45,150 bases of DNA from positions 1,141,449 to 1,186,598 of the forward strand of contig CP065011.1 of the NCBI GenBank assembly GCA_016699795.1, read 5' to 3'. Below are positions 1 to 9,533 of this stretch, in pieces; within the stretch, counting starts at the first letter, position 1, and each line of letters begins with the position of its first letter. Source of the stretch: Candidatus Moraniibacteriota bacterium (lineage in GTDB: Bacteria; Patescibacteriota; Minisyncoccia; Moranbacterales; GCA-2747515). The translations under genes were made by a program, and so were the position numbers. The notes under the pieces are model-generated. The model searched no databases and was not told the origin of the DNA. It saw only the letters and a program-made list of their open reading frames with translations.

Positions 1-524
1 ATAACTTTTTGAAGAAGATACAAAATTAAATCAAGATTATCTTCTTTTTTCTTCTTACGAAAAAAAGCTGTGCATATCATATTCCATAGGATAGTACGAT
101 CCATTGACATAAAATATCCCTCGATATCCAATTTCAAAATCCAACATTCTTTCTGATAATTATCAGAACACGAGCGAAGAAAGTAATTCACACGATCAAT
201 TCCACGAGAAGTTCCTTTCTTTTTCCGACAGCTATACGTATCAGCAATAAATTGTTTATCAAAAACAGGGTTTATATATTGGAAAAGAAGATGATGAACG
301 ACACGATCTCGAAAGTCAGCAGCAAATATCTCCCTCTTTACCGGTTTATGTACAATAAAACAAATACTCGGGCGGATTTCATACCGACGTTCGACAATGT
401 CTTGATACAATTCCATGATATTTTTTTCGTATTCGATTTCAAAAGACACGGCATTCATAGTCCCTCTTTTATTTTTTCGAGCAACATAATAGGCAGAGAA
501 AAGATCAAAAAGAAGTTTTTCCAT
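1..524 (-). CDS. Reverse transcriptase, DGR-associated (N-terminal ~174 codons; 3' part lies beyond the left edge)
   Basis: It is absent from the ORF track because there is no in-window stop. The reverse complement starts with ATG at 524..522 and reads MEKLLFDLFSAYYVARKNKRGTMNAVSFEIEYEKNIMELYQDIVERRYEIRPSICFIVHKPVKREIFAADFRDRVVHHLLFQYINPVFDKQFIADTYSCRKKKGTSRGIDRVNYFLRSC...WILKLDIEGYFMSMD. These are RT motifs 1-3 (FRDRVVHH, SCRKKKGT, LDIEGYF). The start lies 37 nt downstream of the TR. Confidence 0.85.
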   Translation of the reverse strand, partial: MEKLLFDLFSAYYVARKNKRGTMNAVSFEIEYEKNIMELYQDIVERRYEIRPSICFIVHKPVKREIFAADFRDRVVHHLLFQYINPVFDKQFIADTYSCRKKKGTSRGIDRVNYFLRSCSDNYQKECWILKLDIEGYFMSMDRTILWNMICTAFFRKKKKEDNLDLILYLLQKV

Positions 525-538
525 AAAAAAACGAAAAA

Positions 539-554
539 AGTACCCGAAGGTACT
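539..554 (-). other. Stable hairpin in the TR-to-RT spacer (6-bp stem, UUCG tetraloop on the transcribed strand)
   Basis: Plus strand is AGTACC-CGAA-GGTACT. On the minus-strand RNA this reads AGUACC-UUCG-GGUACU. It sits between the TR 3' end (562) and the RT start (524). Confidence 0.5.
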
Positions 555-561
555 CCTTTTC

Positions 562-749
562 GAAATCAATACTTAAGGCACCGAACCGTTAACCCGTTAG
601 CGCGGTTGTTGGAATTGGCGGGATTCACACTCCCAGAGTTGAAGTTGAGGTTCAACGCATTTGTACCACTTACACTACTCGACCAATAGTTCCCGTTACT
701 CCCCTGATTGTTGAAACTGCCATTGGAGTTGTTCCGGTTGCCCGCGACG
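562..749 (-). repeat. DGR template repeat (TR)
   Basis: A 188-nt copy of 1382..1569 with no indels. There are 18 mismatches, all at plus-strand T, which is A on the minus (transcribed) strand. One further non-A mismatch (571) lies in the 3' terminal invariant block. The region is rich in AAY codons if read in the VR frame. Confidence 0.9.
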
Positions 750-929
750 AAAGAATACCCACTCCACTTCTTGTGCATTGTCGTAACATCACACAAAACT
801 TCCAAAAAAAATGGAAGAAATTCCTTATAAAGAAACCTCTTTATAAGAGGGGTATTGAATTGATTAAGGGCACTCCCGCTTTCACACGTAGCAAAAGACG
901 GCTCTCGCCCACATACAAAGAGCATATCG

Positions 930-1274
930 TTAGGTACAGCTAGCCTCCCATCCGGTAAGTTGTTTGGAAACCAATTCTATGGATTCTTGCAAAACAACAA
1001 ATTTTTTGAGGCCTATTTGACGAAGATCTTTTAGTATTCGCAATAAAACGCGAATATTTTCAACGCGTTCTCGAGCTAAACTAATATTCTTTTTTCTTTC
1101 TAATCGATCTTTATTGGCACGATAAATACACATCATCATCGTAATCGTTTCGTTTTTTATATGCTCACCCAGAGTAAAACGATAATCCCGAGAAAAATTA
1201 TTCACAACAAGAAAAAGTTCCAGAAGTAAATCATAGCTCGCTTTATATACCGGAAGATTATCGTACGTTGCCAT
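930..1274 (-). CDS. avd: Avd-like accessory protein (four-helix-bundle / 23S rRNA intervening-sequence protein family)
   Basis: MATYDNLPVYKASYDLLLELFLVVNNFSRDYRFTLGEHIKNE...ARERVENIRVLLRILKDL matches the four-helix-bundle family pattern to which DGR Avd proteins belong. It sits between the VR gene and the TR. I chose the ATG at 1274; the track ORF extends to 1361 through low-complexity sequence. Confidence 0.7.
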   Translation of the reverse strand: MATYDNLPVYKASYDLLLELFLVVNNFSRDYRFTLGEHIKNETITMMMCIYRANKDRLERKKNISLARERVENIRVLLRILKDLRQIGLKKFVVLQESIELVSKQLTGWEASCT

Positions 1275-1334
1275 ATATTTTTTGAAAAAAATGAATGAAA
1301 AATATTTTCTGAAGGAAAAGGGGAAAAACTCAAA

Positions 1335-1351
1335 TTCCGCCTCCGGCGGAA
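1335..1351 (-). promoter_or_regulatory. GC-rich hairpin downstream of VR (candidate DGR target-recognition hairpin/cruciform)
   Basis: TTCCGCC-TCC-GGCGGAA forms a 7-bp stem with a 3-nt loop. It lies 31 nt past the 3' end of the VR homology, and the surrounding DNA is AT-rich. Confidence 0.5.
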
Positions 1352-1381
1352 CCCCGCCCAAAATGCAGGGGAGTCAAAGCA

Positions 1382-1569
1382 GAAATCAATTCTTAAGGCA
1401 CCGAACCGGTAACCCGTTAGCGCGGTCGTAGGAATTGGCGGGATTCACACTCCCAGAGTTGAAGTAGAGGTTCAACGCAAGCGTACCACTTACACTACTC
1501 GACCAATAGAACCCGTAACTCCCCTGATTGCCGAAACCGCCACTGGAGCGGTGCCGGTAGCCCGCGACG
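1382..1569 (-). repeat. DGR variable repeat (VR), forming the C-terminal ~60 codons of the target gene
   Basis: Homologous to TR 562..749. All TR-to-VR differences in the body are at TR adenines. The 3' terminal ~27 nt is invariant apart from one T/A difference. Confidence 0.9.
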
Positions 1570-2561
1570 GATAATTTTAAAGTACTCGCGTACGCGGTAG
1601 CGCTATCAGTAATTCCTTCTGCCGAAACAAGAACACTCCATTCTGGTTGAGTAGGAAGGCGGAAACCTGGAGGGCATGGATTATTTGTACCATCGACTCC
1701 TTGCCAGAGAGTATTGTTTTGTGGACTTCTCCAATCATAAGGAGAACTGGGAGCAAGAATAAATTGTCCATGTCCAGGAGTATCCAAAGAAGAAAGCGTT
1801 CCTGTTGTGGTACTAGTTGTAAGTTGATGTCCATCAGTTCCTCTTCCCCACTGATAATAATGTCCGTAAGATTGCGAATCATTGAATGCTGTAGCTACGC
1901 GTGTTGCACCGAGATTTCTGTCGAGCCATACTTTTCCGTCTTTGGCGGTAATAGGACTATAAATTATTCCTTGAAATCCGCAAGGAACTCCGGAAGAAAC
2001 ACTACTACACGAATAAAGACATGTTGTTGAACATACAGATGGTGTAAAACATTCAGTATTGGTCGAACACGTTGCTCCGGGAGGCTTAAGGAGTTTTATA
2101 TCCGCATTCGTTCCTGTTCCGGAGACATATACTCCCGTGTTTGTTCCTGTGGCAAAGTTACTATCCGTCGTCTCTACCCATGTATTCGCCGTCCCCGTAA
2201 TCATTACACCACTTGCATCTGCTTGAATGTTTGCATCTTTCGAAGCAAACTCCGTCCAGTTTTCTTGATTATTGGTATGTGTAGCAGTATTTACTGTTAC
2301 TCCTCCTATCCAACTACTTTGAATCCATCCATACGTTGCTCCTTTTATATTTTTTGAAAAGAAAAAAGAGACTCCTCCTAAGATAAGAATGGTTAAGAGG
2401 AAAGTAGAAGTGAGTTTTCTTTTTTTGGAGAGGAAAGAAAAAAAAGAAGAAAGAGAGATTTCTTTTTTTTCTTTTATAGAATAAGTATTGTTTTTTTCTT
2501 TTCGTATTCCATCAAGAGTTCTTTGTAGTTTGGGGGGAGTATTTTTTTTCGTAAACATCAT
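1386..2561 (-). CDS. DGR variable (target) protein: N-terminal membrane anchor plus C-terminal FISUMP-like (Fibrobacter succinogenes major paralogous domain-like) domain carrying the VR
   Basis: A TM segment LTSTFLLTILILGGVSFFF lies near the N-terminus. The C-terminal part reads CPPGFRLPTQPEWSVL...AGYRHRSSGGFGNQGSYGFYWSSS...ANGLPVRCLKN, matching the CPxGWRLPxxxEW / YWSSS / G-x-S/P-VRC-x-K pattern of that domain family. Confidence 0.9.
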   Translation of the reverse strand: MMFTKKNTPPKLQRTLDGIRKEKNNTYSIKEKKEISLSSFFSFLSKKRKLTSTFLLTILILGGVSFFFSKNIKGATYGWIQSSWIGGVTVNTATHTNNQENWTEFASKDANIQADASGVMITGTANTWVETTDSNFATGTNTGVYVSGTGTNADIKLLKPPGATCSTNTECFTPSVCSTTCLYSCSSVSSGVPCGFQGIIYSPITAKDGKVWLDRNLGATRVATAFNDSQSYGHYYQWGRGTDGHQLTTSTTTGTLSSLDTPGHGQFILAPSSPYDWRSPQNNTLWQGVDGTNNPCPPGFRLPTQPEWSVLVSAEGITDSATAYASTLKLSVAGYRHRSSGGFGNQGSYGFYWSSSVSGTLALNLYFNSGSVNPANSYDRANGLPVRCLKN

Positions 2562-2686
2562 ACTATTTTATTGTATAATAAATGTTCTTTTTTTTGTTTG
2601 TGAAATAATCTTTTTTCTTTTTTTAGTATAGGATGTTTTGTGTTTTTTGTGAAATGGGAGTTTTATTCACACTTTTTTCTGTCTTT

Positions 2687-2763
2687 TCTCCCTGAGGAAA
2701 AGGGATTACCGAGTCTTTCTCTCTTTCTTCTCTCCCTTTGCCAAAAGGGAGTACCCGAGTCTT
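2687..2763. repeat. Two imperfect ~31-33-nt direct repeats, each containing its own hairpin, in a GC-rich island between the DGR target gene and the upstream gene
   Basis: Repeat 1 (2687..2717) is TCTCCCTGAGGAAAAGGGATTACCGAGTCTT. Repeat 2 (2731..2763) is TCTCCCTTTGCCAAAAGGGAGTACCCGAGTCTT. Internal stems are TCCCT/AGGGA and TCCCTTT/AAAGGGA. Confidence 0.5.
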
Positions 2764-2944
2764 CGAGGGGGAGGGATTTGTATTGATTTCACAAAAGAAT
2801 TTCATACAAAGAAAATCCCCCTCAATCCCCCTTTTTCTCAGGGGGAGGAATCCGAACAACGAAAAGAAAATCCGGAAAGTTTTCTTGATTTATCACAAAG
2901 ATTCGTCGGTAGAAAAGGCAAGAATGGGTGTGGAATTATCTCTT

Positions 2945-3670
2945 TTATTTCTTTGGAAAAACATCAAAGAATGGGGCGTATTTATCTTCTTCCATAGAAA
3001 CGAAAAATTCATCAGTTGTATCTTCATTACTAAATTCAACACCCGAAACACCACGAACAAGTGCCAATGGAACCCGTTCTGATCCCTCTCCCATAACCAA
3101 AGTTCCTGCCGAGGCAATCATATCAATCATATTCGATCGCTCGATAACGAAAGGCCTTTCGAATAAATCTTTCTTCCCGATATAATTTTTCAAAGGATGC
3201 ATACCAAAATATCCTATACCCACACCAATAGCACCATAACGCAAGAGAACAGATTGGCTGTCCACAGCAATGACAGCAAAACGCTTAAGATGATATTTCT
3301 CTCTCAAAAATGTCTGAATCTCTCGACACAAAGAAGTACTATTTTCTGGCCAAAGAATATAATACCCATTACCATTTGATTCATCGATACCTGCCGAACT
3401 TACCAATGTATTTCCCTTGATAGTAAGAGAAAAATTTCTTTTCAAAGCTTTGTTGTGATAAGAAAAAAAATGATCTGCTTCAAGAAGAATTAAATCTTCT
3501 TTTGAAATATGTTTGGTGGGTACGCATCTACCTTGATGAATAGCTAATACTTTTGAAGAAATCAATAAAATATCTTCTTCTCGGATATCGGAAATACTTT
3601 CTTCAAAAACAGTATAAAGATCATCTTTTGGAGGATGCACTATTCTTGTTTGTATACCGATAACTTCCAT
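2945..3670 (-). CDS. CofE-like gamma-glutamyl ligase family protein (F420-0:gamma-glutamyl ligase fold)
   Basis: The motifs ISSKVLAIHQGRCV and SSAGIDESNGNGYYILWPE resemble the sKvvS..eGr and aGIDaSN motifs of the CofE family. Confidence 0.65.
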   Translation of the reverse strand: MEVIGIQTRIVHPPKDDLYTVFEESISDIREEDILLISSKVLAIHQGRCVPTKHISKEDLILLEADHFFSYHNKALKRNFSLTIKGNTLVSSAGIDESNGNGYYILWPENSTSLCREIQTFLREKYHLKRFAVIAVDSQSVLLRYGAIGVGIGYFGMHPLKNYIGKKDLFERPFVIERSNMIDMIASAGTLVMGEGSERVPLALVRGVSGVEFSNEDTTDEFFVSMEEDKYAPFFDVFPKK

Positions 3671-3778
3671 ATACTGTGTATAAAATTCTTATGAATTTTC
3701 TTTCGTCACAAAATTTTCATCGCTATACGGTAAAAATTTCGAAATTGTAGGAGAAAGAAAAAATTAATAACAATCATT

Positions 3779-4306
3779 TTATAAAGCTCCCCAGCTACTC
3801 AAAACCGATTCATAGATAGCTATAAGCTCTTTTGCTGTGGAATGATCAAGAGAGAAAGAAGATTCTTTTATTATAGAATTTCGAATAAGATGCGCTCTAA
3901 GAAGGTCTTCTTTTCTGCTCAATTGTTCTGAAGAAGCCAACTCCACTCGTTCTCGAAAATTCGTTCCTGGAAATCTCGAAATTTCCAGAACATAATCAAC
4001 GATTCTATCCGCTTCCAAAATAGCAATTTTCCAATCTGAATCCGTATGTCCCGACATATGCTCGGATACAATTTTCCATTGTTTTTTTATGAATTTTCTA
4101 TGAGCTACTGGCATATCGGCTCCAAATTTCCCTACACGAATATCTTTTTTCACATCACGCAAAATAAGAAGCATTATCAGATCAAGAAAAAGAACTATGG
4201 TATACACAGCCAAAAGAAAGCGTAAAAAATCCAAAAAAGGTGAATTCCAAAAGGAAGCAATAAATCTAAGTAAAGATGCAACTATTTCTCCAAACGTTAT
4301 CTCCAT
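3779..4306 (-). CDS. Hypothetical membrane protein
   Basis: A 175-aa ORF with a hydrophobic N-terminus (FLDFLRFLLAVYTIVLFLDLIMLLIL). It is packed tightly between gatA and the CofE-like gene on the same strand. Confidence 0.55.
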   Translation of the reverse strand: MEITFGEIVASLLRFIASFWNSPFLDFLRFLLAVYTIVLFLDLIMLLILRDVKKDIRVGKFGADMPVAHRKFIKKQWKIVSEHMSGHTDSDWKIAILEADRIVDYVLEISRFPGTNFRERVELASSEQLSRKEDLLRAHLIRNSIIKESSFSLDHSTAKELIAIYESVLSSWGAL

Positions 4307-4316
4307 AAAAAAAGTA

Positions 4317-5753
4317 TTATTTTGACATCAACGCCTTCTCAAACACATCCGCAGCGGCAAGAAGACCTTCTTCATCAAACCACTTCGCCATCAGCTGGCC
4401 TCCAATAGGAAGAGATTTTCCATTTTTTTCAAGAGAGCCAATAGGAAATGAAATAGCTGGAACGCCTGCAATATTGGCAGTAACTGTATATATATCCGAA
4501 AGATACATTGAAAGTGGATCCTCTATTTTGGCACCAAATTCAAAAGCAACTTCTGGACTTGTGGGACCAAACAAAAGATCAACTTCTTCAAAAACCCGTT
4601 CAAAATCTTTGCGTATAAGAGATCGCACTTTCTGAGCTTTTTTGTAATAGGCATCGTAATATCCTGAGCTTAGCGCATACGTTCCAAGCATAATCCTTCG
4701 CTTCACCTCAGAACCCAAAAATTGAGATCTTGATTTTGAGTATACTTCGAAAATTGTCTTCGCTTCAGGACTCCCCGAGCCAAATCGAATACTGTCATAT
4801 CGAGCCATATTTGAGCTTACTTCAGAAGATACGAGAATATAATACACAGGTATCGCATATTCAATCGTTGGCAAAGAAACATATTCCACAATCGCTCCTT
4901 TTTCTTTAAAAAGAGTAAGAGATTCTTCGATTTTTTGTCTGATTTCAGGATCTAATCCCTTGTGCTCAATCCATTCTTTAATAACGCCTATCTTCTTGCC
5001 CGTTATATCTCCCGTAAGAAAATCTTCATATCGTTTTCCAAAACTCTGCGCAGTGGTCGCATCATGAATATCCTCTCCCGATAAAGAAGAAAGTATAATA
5101 GCCGTGTCTTCCACGCTCATAGCAAAAGGACCGATTTGATCCAAACTCGACGCCATAGCCAAAAGTCCATAACGAGAAACCCTTCCGTATGTAGGTTTCA
5201 AACCGACAGTGCCACAAAAAGACGCAGGCTGACGAATAGATCCTCCTGTATCCGAACCAAGAGCCCATGGCACCATACCCGAAGCGACAGCGACAGCAGA
5301 CCCACCCGAAGATCCACCAGGAACTCGAGAAATATCATGGGGATTTTTTGTTTTTTTATAAGCACTTGTTTCTGTGGATGACCCCATAGCGAATTCATCC
5401 ATATTGGTTATACCAACAAGAATAGCTCCTTCCTCTGCCAATCGTTGAATAACCGTAGCGTTATAGGGAGCACGAAATCCGGAAAGCATTCGGGAACCCG
5501 CAGTTATGGATTCTCCCTCTACACACATATTATCTTTTGCTGCATAGGGAATTCCTGAAAGCATCCCCATTTCTCGGCCAAGATCAAACTGGATATCCAT
5601 TGTATCAGCCTCTTGTAAAGCCTTTTCTTTTCTTAAAGTAACAAAAGCATCAAGATCTTTTTCTTTCTTTTCGATAACTTCAAAATAACTTTCCACGATT
5701 GATCGGCTGGTTATTTCCCTCTTTCGCAATTTTTCTTGTAATTGACGTATCAT
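4317..5753 (-). CDS. gatA: Glutamyl-tRNA(Gln)/aspartyl-tRNA(Asn) amidotransferase subunit A
   Basis: Amidase signature [14 protein letters not shown]...[16 protein letters not shown]. The length fits (478 aa) and it lies immediately downstream of gatC. Confidence 0.95.
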   Translation of the reverse strand: MIRQLQEKLRKREITSRSIVESYFEVIEKKEKDLDAFVTLRKEKALQEADTMDIQFDLGREMGMLSGIPYAAKDNMCVEGESITAGSRMLSGFRAPYNATVIQRLAEEGAILVGITNMDEFAMGSSTETSAYKKTKNPHDISRVPGGSSGGSAVAVASGMVPWALGSDTGGSIRQPASFCGTVGLKPTYGRVSRYGLLAMASSLDQIGPFAMSVEDTAIILSSLSGEDIHDATTAQSFGKRYEDFLTGDITGKKIGVIKEWIEHKGLDPEIRQKIEESLTLFKEKGAIVEYVSLPTIEYAIPVYYILVSSEVSSNMARYDSIRFGSGSPEAKTIFEVYSKSRSQFLGSEVKRRIMLGTYALSSGYYDAYYKKAQKVRSLIRKDFERVFEEVDLLFGPTSPEVAFEFGAKIEDPLSMYLSDIYTVTANIAGVPAISFPIGSLEKNGKSLPIGGQLMAKWFDEEGLLAAADVFEKALMSK

Positions 5754-5760
5754 AAAAAAT

Positions 5761-6051
5761 TTAAGCTAAAACTTGCTTTACTACTATACAATCATTTTTT
5801 TTCTTCGGAATATTTTTTATAAGTAACTCATGTTCTTGTTCTTTAGCGCTATGAACACGATCCTCACGGTAGATATTTACCATACCCGTTATATGTCCGA
5901 TAGGAGCAATCTCTTGCGTATCAAGCTCATTAAGTTTTTCTATATATTCCAAGATGGCACTCATTTCTTTACCAAATTTTTCTACCTCTTGATCTGATAA
6001 TTCAATACGAGCGAGATGCGCAATATGACAAACTTCTTCTTTGGAAAGCAT
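5761..6051 (-). CDS. gatC: Glutamyl-tRNA(Gln)/aspartyl-tRNA(Asn) amidotransferase subunit C
   Basis: MLSKEEVCHIAHLARIELSDQEVEKFGKEMSAILEYIEKLNELDT is typical of GatC. I prefer the internal ATG at 6051 over the track start at 6069. Confidence 0.9.
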   Translation of the reverse strand: MLSKEEVCHIAHLARIELSDQEVEKFGKEMSAILEYIEKLNELDTQEIAPIGHITGMVNIYREDRVHSAKEQEHELLIKNIPKKKNDCIVVKQVLA

Positions 6052-6292
6052 AAAGAAAAAAATTAACAACTATTCAAAAATAGAAAAGATTCTCTATCCA
6101 CACAATGCTTTCTATTTATTTTCTTAAGTATAAATCAAAGAAACATTTTATGCGATATTGACACTTTTGTGTTTTTCTGATGTTATTCTTGTGTCGTTAT
6201 CGAAGAATCTTCGTAACGACGATATAGCTATCACGATGTTATTTAACAACGCAAGATGCATTTTAACTTAAAAAATAAGAGGTATACATACA

Positions 6293-6685
6293 ATGGCTAC
6301 GTTCTTTATAAATTCAAAGAATATTTTCACCGCTGTAATCAGAGAGAATCACATTCCTCTCTATAAAGAAATAAGAAAGTCCGGAGGATGCCCCCCTTTA
6401 GGAGGTGCTAAAATATTTGTTTTCTATAAAAAAGAAATGGGTATATTTAGCGATATTTTTTCCAACATACCACCTGTAAAGGATCTTTATAGAAACTGCG
6501 CAGGAACTATAGATGATTTTCATTGGCTTATCCAAAAAGGACAACATAGGTATACACAAGAGTATCGATTTACTGGGTGGGATGGTTTTATCCCATTTTG
6601 TGACGAAAATCTCTTTTGTAATGAAAAAGAAGAATATTATCTCACCAATCTTAGTGACATAAGAAAAATATTTTTCTCAACATAA
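6293..6685 (+). CDS. Hypothetical protein
   Basis: A 130-aa ORF with an AAGAGG ribosome-binding site about 11 nt upstream, followed by a strong intrinsic terminator. Confidence 0.55.
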   Translation: MATFFINSKNIFTAVIRENHIPLYKEIRKSGGCPPLGGAKIFVFYKKEMGIFSDIFSNIPPVKDLYRNCAGTIDDFHWLIQKGQHRYTQEYRFTGWDGFIPFCDENLFCNEKEEYYLTNLSDIRKIFFST

Positions 6686-6717
6686 AATACTAATCCAAAG
6701 TTAGAATAAAGAAACCG

Positions 6718-6765
6718 AGTCCCGATGACTGAAAAACTTTCAGAAAATCGGGACTTTTTTATTTT
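6718..6765 (+). terminator. Rho-independent terminator
   Basis: The stem AGTCCCGAT...ATCGGGACT has an inner CTGAAA/TTTCAG extension and is followed by TTTTTTATTTT. Confidence 0.65.
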
Positions 6766-6800
6766 CAAATAAAAAATGATGAAGGCGGAGTATGAGAAAA

Positions 6801-9035
<2,235 letters not shown>

Positions 9036-9065
9036 TCAACTAAAAAAATAGAGGAGAAATTCGTT

Positions 9066-9326
9066 ATGATTTCCCTACAAAGAGGCACTCTTTTTAAATG
9101 CTCAGATTATCGTGCGGGCATTATTGTGAGAGTAGAATGCGATAGAATAATCGCGATAGTCCTCTGTGAACAGCAACACCACCAAGAAAGAGGTTGGCGT
9201 CTCAGAACAAAAAATCTAGATTTTAAAACGCCTTTTAGTCCTATGAATATTGCTGAGATTCCAAGAGTAGCATCTTCAGCATTGGCTACTATATGGAAAA
9301 CTCTCCAATTTTCAAAACGCACATGA
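9066..9326 (+). CDS. Hypothetical small protein (86 aa)
   Basis: An internal ATG is preceded by AGAGGAG at good spacing, and a terminator follows the stop. No family was recognised. Confidence 0.4.
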   Translation: MISLQRGTLFKCSDYRAGIIVRVECDRIIAIVLCEQQHHQERGWRLRTKNLDFKTPFSPMNIAEIPRVASSALATIWKTLQFSKRT

Positions 9327-9353
9327 AAAGGTTCTTATGAACTCTATCCCCCA

Positions 9354-9399
9354 CCCCCAAAAAGTTAACAAAAAGAACTTTTGGGGGTTTCTTTTTTTT
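9354..9399 (+). terminator. Rho-independent terminator
   Basis: The stem CCCCCAAAAAGTT...AACTTTTGGGGG is followed by TTTCTTTTTTTT. Confidence 0.6.
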
Positions 9400-9468
9400 A
9401 AAAATGAAGTTTTCTCATTTAAATTCTATGAGTATTACAATTAATTGTTGAACGTAGTGAAATAAAAT

Positions 9469-9497
9469 TTGACATTCTCTCTATTTTTCGTTATATT
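9469..9497 (+). promoter_or_regulatory. Sigma-70-like promoter upstream of tmRNA
   Basis: TTGACA (9469..9474), a 17-nt spacer, then TATATT (9492..9497). It lies about 37 nt upstream of the mature tmRNA 5' end. Confidence 0.45.
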
Positions 9498-9533
9498 CAG
9501 GCAAAGATGAGTGCAAAAACTCTTCTTTCTCAA

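Larger units (their letters stand above)
1..2561 (-). mobile_element. Diversity-generating retroelement (DGR) cassette: target gene with VR, avd-like gene, TR, RT (RT truncated by window edge)
   Basis: All four parts are co-linear on the minus strand. The TR/VR pair has an exact 820-nt offset and adenine-specific mismatches. See the component features below. Confidence 0.85.

Noticed and set aside
252-689. Plus-strand 145-aa ORF
   Set aside because: It is antisense to the reverse-transcriptase ORF, which has clear RT motifs, and it runs into the TR. It is a shadow ORF.
566-925. Track ORF of 119 aa on the minus strand whose C-terminus resembles the C-terminus of 1386..2561
   Set aside because: The resemblance exists because the ORF runs through the DGR template repeat. 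The N-terminal two-thirds has no coding character and there is no ribosome-binding site. The TR is expected to act as RNA, so the open frame simply follows from copying the VR frame with AAY codons.
6158-6215. Possible promoter (TTGACA-17-TGTTAT) and a 12-bp bulged hairpin (GTCGTTATCGAAG-AAT-CTTCGTAACGAC) upstream of ORF 6293..6685
   Set aside because: The -10 match is weak (4 of 6) and the hairpin has no flanking T run or recognisable riboswitch motif. It is not strong enough to list as a feature.
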